Of a DNA stretch of 28,368 nucleotides, positions 9,321 through 15,653 are shown one piece after another (position 1 is the first letter of the stretch; the number at the start of each line of letters is the position of its first letter). The position numbers were made by a program, and so were the translations under genes. The stretch is from an uncultured Gammaproteobacteria bacterium (GTDB lineage: Bacteria; Patescibacteriota; Patescibacteriia; Patescibacteriales; UBA12465), in the NCBI GenBank assembly GCA_964443755.1, contig CAYUEO010000001.1, positions 1-28,368 of the forward strand, given 5' to 3'. Below the pieces are notes generated by a model. The model had not been told where the DNA came from and did no database searches. It saw only the letters and a list, made by a program, of their open reading frames with translations.

Positions 9321-10547
9321 ATGAATAGCAAGCTGAAGGAAAAAATAAAGGATGTGCCACGCCTATCCGGCGTTTATTTTTGGCTTGATAAGTGTGGTCA
9401 AATTCTTTATGTTGGACGCGCTACTAATCTAAGAGCTAGATTAAGTCAGTATCTTCAGAAAGACAGGGAAAGGCGAATCGCTGAGATGGTGGCTCTAGCA
9501 GATGATATTCGATATGAAGTAACCGATACTGTTTTAGAGGCAATAATTCTTGAGGCCCAAAAAATTAAAGAGCATTGGCCAAAATATAATGTTGTAGACA
9601 GAGATGATCGTTCTTTTATTTACTTAGTGATCCCTAAAACTGATTATCCTAAGCCAGTAATTATTCGGGGCAAAGATTTGAAAAGATTTCCTCCATCTAA
9701 AGCTCAAGTCTTTGGACCTTATCAAAGCTTTTATTTACTTCGTATTGCCTTACGTTTAATTAGAAAGATTTTTCCTTATTCTACTTGTACTCCTAAGAGT
9801 GGTAAGGCCTGCTTTGATTATCAAATCGGTTTATGTCCAGGTATATGTCTAGATTTAATTACTGCTAAAGAGTATCAAAAAAATATTAAAAATATTTGCT
9901 TGCTTTTATTAGGAGATAGTCAACGCTTAGCTAAAAAATTAGCCAAGGAGAATCCCGCTCAGCTTAAAGCTTTGAAGCAAATTCAAGACGTTGCGCTACT
10001 CAGTAAAGAATCTAATTTGGGTGAAAAGATTGTTAATCGTCTGGAAGGTTATGATATATCCCATCATCAGGGGAAAGAAAGTTATGGGGCTATGGTCGTT
10101 TTTGAAGGCGGAGAGCCAGCTAGAGATGAATATCGTTTATTTAAAATTAAAGATGCTCCGCCTGGAGATGACGAGAGAGCACTGGCTGAAGTTTTACTGC
10201 GCCGCTTTAAACATTTAGAATGGCCGCGTCCAGATTTAGTTATGATAGATGGCGGCACGCCTCAGATTTCTTTTCTAGCGCGTTTTCTCACAGAAAATAA
10301 TATCAACATACCAATAGTCGGCATATCCAAGTTGGGAGGAGATAAGCTTATTTATAGAGCTCAAACTGCCAAATCTTGGCGCGAACTATCAGAAAATATT
10401 AAACCAACTCTGCTAAAGTTACGTGACGAGGCGCATCGTTTTGCAAATTTTGGTAGAAAAAGAGGAGGCTCAGGGTTAATGCGCGGCTCTATTAAGCCGG
10501 TGCCACTGACTAACAAAAATAAAAAACCGCCGCTCAATTATATTTAA
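9321..10547 (+). CDS. uvrC: Short UvrC-family excinuclease: GIY-YIG plus RNase H-like domain, no UVR or HhH domain
   Basis: GVYFW...LYVGRATNLRARLSQY, EA, PKYN, a four-Cys cluster, EGYDISH, YRLFKI, DD, MIDGG and LRDEAHRFA. Confidence 0.92.
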   Translation: MNSKLKEKIKDVPRLSGVYFWLDKCGQILYVGRATNLRARLSQYLQKDRERRIAEMVALADDIRYEVTDTVLEAIILEAQKIKEHWPKYNVVDRDDRSFIYLVIPKTDYPKPVIIRGKDLKRFPPSKAQVFGPYQSFYLLRIALRLIRKIFPYSTCTPKSGKACFDYQIGLCPGICLDLITAKEYQKNIKNICLLLLGDSQRLAKKLAKENPAQLKALKQIQDVALLSKESNLGEKIVNRLEGYDISHHQGKESYGAMVVFEGGEPARDEYRLFKIKDAPPGDDERALAEVLLRRFKHLEWPRPDLVMIDGGTPQISFLARFLTENNINIPIVGISKLGGDKLIYRAQTAKSWRELSENIKPTLLKLRDEAHRFANFGRKRGGSGLMRGSIKPVPLTNKNKKPPLNYI

Positions 10548-10559
10548 TTGAAACGGCGG
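10515..10559. terminator. Intrinsic terminator hairpin between convergent uvrC and HAD genes
   Basis: Arms CCGCCG..TCAATTA and TAATTGA..CGGCGG, preceded by an A-rich tract (U-tract on the minus strand). The uvrC stop lies inside the hairpin. Confidence 0.75.
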
Positions 10560-10604
10560 GTACTACTTTATCGAGGGGACGATAAATTTTAACTTAATTT
10601 TAAT

Positions 10605-11303
10605 CTAAACCGGAATATATTTGTTTTTCAAATATATTAGGCTCAGATACTGTGTTAAGCCGGAAACGTTGTTGACTATATCAATTAAATCATAAGCGCC
10701 AGCTTTGATAAATTCAGACGCTTTACTTGCCCCTGAACATACTCCCACAAATTCTATTCCAGGCTGACCCTTTACAGCAGCTAAGTCGTATTCCACTGTA
10801 TCACCAAAATAAGTTATTTGATTAGGATTAATACCTAAATGATTTGCCCAATTAAGCAAGGGCACGAAAACTCTAGGATCTGGCTTGTGATAGGTGGAGT
10901 CATCGTAAGTTTGAATGAAATCAAAAATATTCAATTCAAAATTAAGTATTTGTCTTAATTTCAAAAAACTTTTTTTACTCCGGCTTGTAATGATTGCTAA
11001 GTGAGACTGTTTTTTCAGCTCTCTTAGTACTTGAGGCAGATCGTTGCATAAATTTAGATGCCGATCATCTAGATTGTGTTCTAATTCTATAAACTCCTGC
11101 GCTCTATCTGGAGCTCCAACAGAGTGACAGATAATCTGCGCTATTTCGACAAATGGTTTTCCCCATAATTTCCGAACTATTTCTGGATCTACACTATTTA
11201 AACCCATTAGAGACAGAATCTCTTGGACTTTAAACTGGCCAGGAATGGTAGTTGGTATTAAAGTACCATCTAAATCAAAACATTTTATGGTTTTCTTGTT
11301 CAC
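10605..11303 (-). CDS. HAD-superfamily phosphatase (subfamily IA-like)
   Basis: Motif I FDLDGT, motif II ITSR, motif III HKPDP, motif IV FGDT..YD. GTG start preceded by GAGGT. Confidence 0.9.
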   Translation of the reverse strand: MNKKTIKCFDLDGTLIPTTIPGQFKVQEILSLMGLNSVDPEIVRKLWGKPFVEIAQIICHSVGAPDRAQEFIELEHNLDDRHLNLCNDLPQVLRELKKQSHLAIITSRSKKSFLKLRQILNFELNIFDFIQTYDDSTYHKPDPRVFVPLLNWANHLGINPNQITYFGDTVEYDLAAVKGQPGIEFVGVCSGASKASEFIKAGAYDLIDIVNNVSGLTQYLSLIYLKNKYIPV

Positions 11304-11344
11304 TTGTACCTCTATTTTTTTAAAGAAAGTTTATTTATAGTTAG

Positions 11345-11373
11345 TATTTAATCATAAATAGAGATTTTGTCAA
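11345..11373 (-). promoter_or_regulatory. Putative sigma70 promoter for the HAD gene
   Basis: Minus strand TTGACA-17 bp-TAAATA. The -35 is perfect and the -10 is imperfect. Confidence 0.45.
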
Positions 11374-11378
11374 GACTA

Positions 11379-11406
11379 TTGACAAAGCTAGATATTGTGC
11401 TAGTAT
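11379..11406 (+). promoter_or_regulatory. Putative sigma70 promoter for rplJ-rplL
   Basis: TTGACA (11379-84), 16 bp spacer, extended -10 TG-C-TAGTAT (11398-11406). Confidence 0.65.
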
Positions 11407-11425
11407 AGGTAGTAATTGAATATAA

Positions 11426-11513
11426 CCATAGACAGCCAGCAGGCCGAACTTTATGATCGGCTGTAAGACTCGCCGAGGTAAATCTGCTATTTGAGCATCT
11501 TTTCTGTCTGTGG
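11426..11513 (+). promoter_or_regulatory. Probable L10 (rplJ) leader autoregulatory RNA
   Basis: Closing stem CCAUAGACAG (11426-35) pairs with CUGUCUGUGG (11504-13). Inner stem CAG-g-CCGA/UCGG-CUG. AGAC..AGG and CCGAGG words resemble the L10 leader consensus. Lies directly upstream of rplJ. Confidence 0.7.
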
Positions 11514-11554
11514 TAACACAGATTTTTTTATTAAGTAGGGATTTAAAAAACATT

Positions 11555-12082
11555 ATGCCGAAAAACAAATCACAAAAAAATGAAATTTTTCGCAACTTAA
11601 TTGATAAGGTTTCGAAAGCAAAGTCATTGATTTTTGTAGGTTATGATGCCTTAGGTGTTAAGGATAACGAGGCTTTGCGCCTTAAGTTAAAGTCGGAAAA
11701 CAGTGAGTATTATGTTCCTAAGAAGACCTTGATGAACATGGCTCTTAAGGAAAATAAAATTGAGGCCAATATTAAGGACTATGCCGGTAAAGTGGCAGCC
11801 GTGTTCTCCTATGAAGATGAGGTGGCTTCGGCTAAAATTTTAGGAGCATTTCGTAAAGATAAGGAAAAGGAAAATAAAATTACCTTTCTAGGGGGGATAT
11901 TAGATGGACGTCTTTTATCTAAAGAAGATGTAGAAGCTCTTTCGTTGCTTCCAAGTAAACCAGAGCTTTATGCTAAGATGGTTGGTTCAATAAATGCTCC
12001 AATTTCTGGATTTGTTAATGTGTTAGCTGGTAACCTTCGTGGTCTGGTTGGAGTTCTCAAAGCTATAGAGTCAAAGAAATAA
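11555..12082 (+). CDS. rplJ: 50S ribosomal protein L10
   Basis: Motifs LRLKLK...VPKKTL, FLGGILDG and LSLLPSKPELYAKMVGSINAPISGFV. The ATG at 11555 is preferred because the GTG at 11510 lies inside the leader stem. Confidence 0.95.
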   Translation: MPKNKSQKNEIFRNLIDKVSKAKSLIFVGYDALGVKDNEALRLKLKSENSEYYVPKKTLMNMALKENKIEANIKDYAGKVAAVFSYEDEVASAKILGAFRKDKEKENKITFLGGILDGRLLSKEDVEALSLLPSKPELYAKMVGSINAPISGFVNVLAGNLRGLVGVLKAIESKK

Positions 12083-12151
12083 TTTTTAAATAATAAATTT
12101 ATTAATAACGCAGGTTGTTCGTTAATATGACGGATGACAGCAAATAAAACT

Positions 12152-12547
12152 ATGGAAGAGAATAAAGTTGAAGTACCGGCTAAGTTCGAGAAACTGGTTG
12201 GTGAGATTGAAAAGATGAGTGTGTTAGACTTAGCTGAGTTAGTTAAGGTGCTTGAGGAAAAGTTTGGTGTTAGCGCCTCTGCTCCAGCCATGATGATGGC
12301 TCCAGCAGCTGGTGGCGCCGCTCCTGTCGAAGAGAAAGATAGCTTTGATGTAGAAATTACCGAAGGTGGTGCTAGTAAGATCAATGTTATCAAGGCCGTC
12401 CGTGAATTAACTGAGATGGGTCTTAAGGAAGCTAAGGATTTAGTTGATGCCGCTCCTAAGGTTTTGAAGGAAGGTGTTAAGAAAGAGGAAGCTGAGGCTA
12501 TGAAGAAGAAGTTAGAAGAAGCCGGAGCTAAGGTAACTTTAAAGTAA
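12152..12547 (+). CDS. rplL: 50S ribosomal protein L7/L12
   Basis: [21 protein letters not shown], Ala-rich hinge, [12 protein letters not shown] and [13 protein letters not shown]. Start is either 12152 or 12134. Confidence 0.97.
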   Translation: MEENKVEVPAKFEKLVGEIEKMSVLDLAELVKVLEEKFGVSASAPAMMMAPAAGGAAPVEEKDSFDVEITEGGASKINVIKAVRELTEMGLKEAKDLVDAAPKVLKEGVKKEEAEAMKKKLEEAGAKVTLK

Positions 12548-12559
12548 ATAAACGTCAAC

Positions 12560-12590
12560 AAAAAAGACCGCTTTACAGCGGTCTTTTTTT
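12560..12590. terminator. Bidirectional intrinsic terminator
   Basis: AAAAAAGACCGCT-TTAC-AGCGGTCTTTTTTT, a perfect stem with A and T tracts between convergent genes. Confidence 0.9.
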
Positions 12591-12615
12591 ATTTTAGCAC
12601 TTGATGTGATAAGTA

Positions 12616-14889
12616 TTAATTAATTTCTACTTCATATACCAGACTGCTATTAAGAAAATATGCTTTATTATTTGCCTCGTCAACCGTAAAGTCGCTCGGG
12701 TTAGATAAAGCTTCTACTTGATATTGTTGCAACAGGCTACCGTTTGCTTTGTCTAGAACAGCTAGGCGTTTTGAGGGAGCATCAAATAAATATATTTTTT
12801 TATCTCCCACAATAAATTTATTAGCCTCACTCATCTCCGGGGCTAGAGGGGTTGAACCATACTCTAACGGCTTATTAAGTCTAAATTTCATCACTCGTCC
12901 ATTCTGATTTAGTATATATATATCACCATCAACAAATAGATCGGCAGCTAAACTTAAGTCAACAGATTGTCCTAGCCAATCAGTTTTAGCGCCAAAATTT
13001 CCACCCCCAGAAGAGTATCTAAATATCTGGTTATTCTGTTTGTTAATGGTGTATAGATTATTATTATTTTGATAGATACTGAAGCCTGTAAATTCGTGAT
13101 TGGGAGGTTGACTGAAAGATCTGATAGTTGATTTTTTTGTATTGGTATTAAATTGTATAACTCGATCGTTATCCCAGAAATAAATTAAATTTCCTACTGA
13201 ATATGGCAAACTAAGATTATCAGCGCCATCTATAGTAGTTTTAACCGTATCGCTTGAGTTAGGTTTTATTTCGTAAACTACATTTTTAGAAGTAGCTGTG
13301 AGTTTGCCGTCTGCGAACACGAGATTTTGGACATCTAGACCGTTTAAATCGTTGACCATTGTTGCCTGGTCAATTTTTTTAATCTTATAAATCTTATTTT
13401 GACTTTCTGAAAACTGGTTAGATAGTCTATCAAATTCTTTATTTTGCTCGTCTGTGTCTCGAGGAAGAGCTTCTATTATTTTCATTGCCTCTGAAATTGT
13501 TCTATTAGCAGCTGCTTGATCATTATAGAGAAGGTATGAATCAATTTGGCCTTCCATTTCTTCAAGTTGGGCTATCTGCCGTCTGAACTGTTCATCAAGA
13601 GCAGCTTGTTCCGTATTCCATGAAATATAATAAGTGCTGGCCACAAAAAGAACGATTACTGTTCCAAGTATGCCAAATAAAATTTTATTTTTTTTATTTA
13701 GATTAAGTAGCCATGATTTTAAACTTTTTAAGATTAAAGACCAACGCCTTGGATCAAGCCAGTTAATTAGACTGGCGATAAATTTATTAAAAGAAGAAAG
13801 GAGCCAGCTGCTTTTTTTCTTGAAAAACATCTTATCCTTAATCAGGAAAGAATCTTGGCGTATTTCTTTTAAACTGTTAATTTTTCCTAGATCTGTCGGT
13901 AAATTATTATCTTGATTAGATTTAGTATTTGTATTTTCCGATTTATTTTTATAGATAACTTTTTTTCCTGTAGCAGGGGCGGAGGGAATTAGCCAGTCGG
14001 AGATGATTTGTTTGGCTTGAGTAAATAACTTTGGTAGGTTAATTAGTCCAGCCGGGGACAGAATTTGCTCAGTTTTTTGTTCAGTATAGTTTAGAGAGGA
14101 GATTGAATTATGAGCAGAAGATGGGTCGTCTTCAAGATCACCTCGACCCTCTATTTGAGTTAATCCGGTAGTATTTTTGATGATTATTCCCAAAAAGGGA
14201 ACGTAAGTATTGATTTTAGATAAGACATTTTTAATCTGCTCCGCAGCAGTCATCGGAGGCAATTTAGTTACTATACTAATCATTTCTGGCCCCGATAAAT
14301 ATTCTGGCAGTGCCTCGCTAGTAAAAACAAAATAAGAAGCTGTTGGTACTTCGCCGCTAATAACGGATGAAAATAATTGAGGAGTTTTTGCGACAGCGTT
14401 TTCTTGATTAATTTCCGGTGCCTCAGAAGCGTTGGCTTCGACGTTAATTAGCTCGTAATTTTCACCATGTCGGTACACAAGTAAAGCGCGATTACGTCCA
14501 AAATTTGAAAAAAATAATTTATTATCGCAAACGACACCAAGAGTTATACTGGTTGCCTCTGGATTAATACGTATTTTTTCTGCAGCTAGAAAGTCTAGTA
14601 AATTTTTATTTGTTTTAGCAACAGCAGCCTCAAAGATGTTTTCTAGCTTTAAACCCTCTATCTTATCTCGGAAAAGTATTTTTTCATCATTATAGTAATT
14701 ATCAGTGAGAGCTAATATTAAAAAATCAAAGATTTTACGACCTTCAGACTTTTTACCGCCAATTTCAGCGAGAATAAAAATTTTACCAGCTAGATTTTCT
14801 TTAACTGAATCTGGTTGGGCCACGAAAACATCACTCAAGCCGGTAGCCTTAGCAGAGTTTAGAATGATTGAGGCGATTTTATAATGCAT
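12616..14889 (-). CDS. Single-pass membrane protein: degenerate PP2C-like N-terminal domain, TM helix, coiled coil, C-terminal beta-propeller-like repeats
   Basis: 757 aa ORF with one hydrophobic segment (ILFGILGTVIVLFVASTYYISW). The N-terminal strand/helix pattern resembles PPM phosphatases (GKIFILAE, NFGRNRALLVYR, YFVFTSEAL). The C-terminus has NHL-like repeats (LYTINKQNNQIFRY, DGDIYILNQNGRVMKF, KIYLFDAPSKRLAVLD). Fold calls are by eye. Confidence 0.6.
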   Translation of the reverse strand: MHYKIASIILNSAKATGLSDVFVAQPDSVKENLAGKIFILAEIGGKKSEGRKIFDFLILALTDNYYNDEKILFRDKIEGLKLENIFEAAVAKTNKNLLDFLAAEKIRINPEATSITLGVVCDNKLFFSNFGRNRALLVYRHGENYELINVEANASEAPEINQENAVAKTPQLFSSVISGEVPTASYFVFTSEALPEYLSGPEMISIVTKLPPMTAAEQIKNVLSKINTYVPFLGIIIKNTTGLTQIEGRGDLEDDPSSAHNSISSLNYTEQKTEQILSPAGLINLPKLFTQAKQIISDWLIPSAPATGKKVIYKNKSENTNTKSNQDNNLPTDLGKINSLKEIRQDSFLIKDKMFFKKKSSWLLSSFNKFIASLINWLDPRRWSLILKSLKSWLLNLNKKNKILFGILGTVIVLFVASTYYISWNTEQAALDEQFRRQIAQLEEMEGQIDSYLLYNDQAAANRTISEAMKIIEALPRDTDEQNKEFDRLSNQFSESQNKIYKIKKIDQATMVNDLNGLDVQNLVFADGKLTATSKNVVYEIKPNSSDTVKTTIDGADNLSLPYSVGNLIYFWDNDRVIQFNTNTKKSTIRSFSQPPNHEFTGFSIYQNNNNLYTINKQNNQIFRYSSGGGNFGAKTDWLGQSVDLSLAADLFVDGDIYILNQNGRVMKFRLNKPLEYGSTPLAPEMSEANKFIVGDKKIYLFDAPSKRLAVLDKANGSLLQQYQVEALSNPSDFTVDEANNKAYFLNSSLVYEVEIN

Positions 14890-14975
14890 AGTTTGAATAG
14901 AAAAACACCGGAGTCTTCAGAACTGAATTTTGCTAAATTTACTATATTTTAGAAGAAAAATTAGCTATTTTTTGT

Positions 14976-15004
14976 TTGACTGTTTCTTATGAATATTATA
15001 CTAT
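14976..15004 (+). promoter_or_regulatory. Putative sigma70 promoter
   Basis: TTGACT-17 bp-TACTAT, about 60 bp upstream of the ATG at 15066. Confidence 0.6.
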
Positions 15005-15065
15005 AAATATTAAATAAATGAAATACTGGTCTTAGGCCAGGTTTTGTTAATAAACCTCAAGGCTT

Positions 15066-15653
15066 ATGTTAAATACGCTGTTTGGTTCAGTATCTCGAGT
15101 AAAAATATTAAATACTTTACTGCTTAATCCTGAAAAGGAATTTTTAGTCAACTCTCTGGTTCAAGACCTAAAAATAACCGCTAGCTCCGCTAGGCATGAG
15201 CTAGTTTCTTTGGTTTCTATAGGCCTGGTTTTAGAGTCAAAAAGGAGTGAGGGTAAGGGAGTAGATAAAAAGTATTACAGAATTTCTATTGACTATATTT
15301 TATATCCAGAAATTAAGGCTTTGTTTACAAAAGCTCAGATTTTATTTGCCCATAAGTTTGTTGAAGACCTCAAAAAGATCTGCCAACCTAAGCTACTAGC
15401 TTTAACTGGTTTGTTTACTAATAATTCTGATGCTCAAACAGATATTTTATTAGTTGGTTCAGTGCGTCGACCGGCTTTTTTAAAAATTTTGTCTGAATTA
15501 GAAAAAGAGATAGGTCGAGAAATAAATTTTACAATATTTAATGAGGCAGAGTTTAGGTATCGTCAGGAGGTTATGGATATTTTTTTATATAATATTATTG
15601 AGGGAAAAACTTTAATTTTAATCAATAATATCAATCCGGATCAAAAATTATGA
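15066..15653 (+). CDS. Winged-helix (ArsR-like) plus nucleotidyltransferase-like protein, putative transcription regulator
   Basis: N-terminal LFGSVSRVKIL...SARHELVSLVSIGLV wHTH pattern. C-terminal LALTG...TDILLVG...EIGREINFTIF minimal NTase pattern. Confidence 0.65.
   Translation: MLNTLFGSVSRVKILNTLLLNPEKEFLVNSLVQDLKITASSARHELVSLVSIGLVLESKRSEGKGVDKKYYRISIDYILYPEIKALFTKAQILFAHKFVEDLKKICQPKLLALTGLFTNNSDAQTDILLVGSVRRPAFLKILSELEKEIGREINFTIFNEAEFRYRQEVMDIFLYNIIEGKTLILINNINPDQKL

Noticed and set aside
9991-10218. 75 aa plus-strand ORF; checked as a possible frameshifted UvrC segment
   Set aside because: The main uvrC frame is continuous through all catalytic motifs, and this frame has no UVR or HhH similarity.
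11341-11595. 84 aa minus-strand ORF
   Set aside because: Overlaps the rplJ promoter, leader RNA and start; better explained by those elements.
11968-12561. 197 aa minus-strand ORF
   Set aside because: Antisense shadow of rplJ/rplL, whose biased codons leave few stops on the opposite strand.
13634-13915. 93 aa plus-strand ORF
   Set aside because: Antisense to the 757 aa membrane protein gene.
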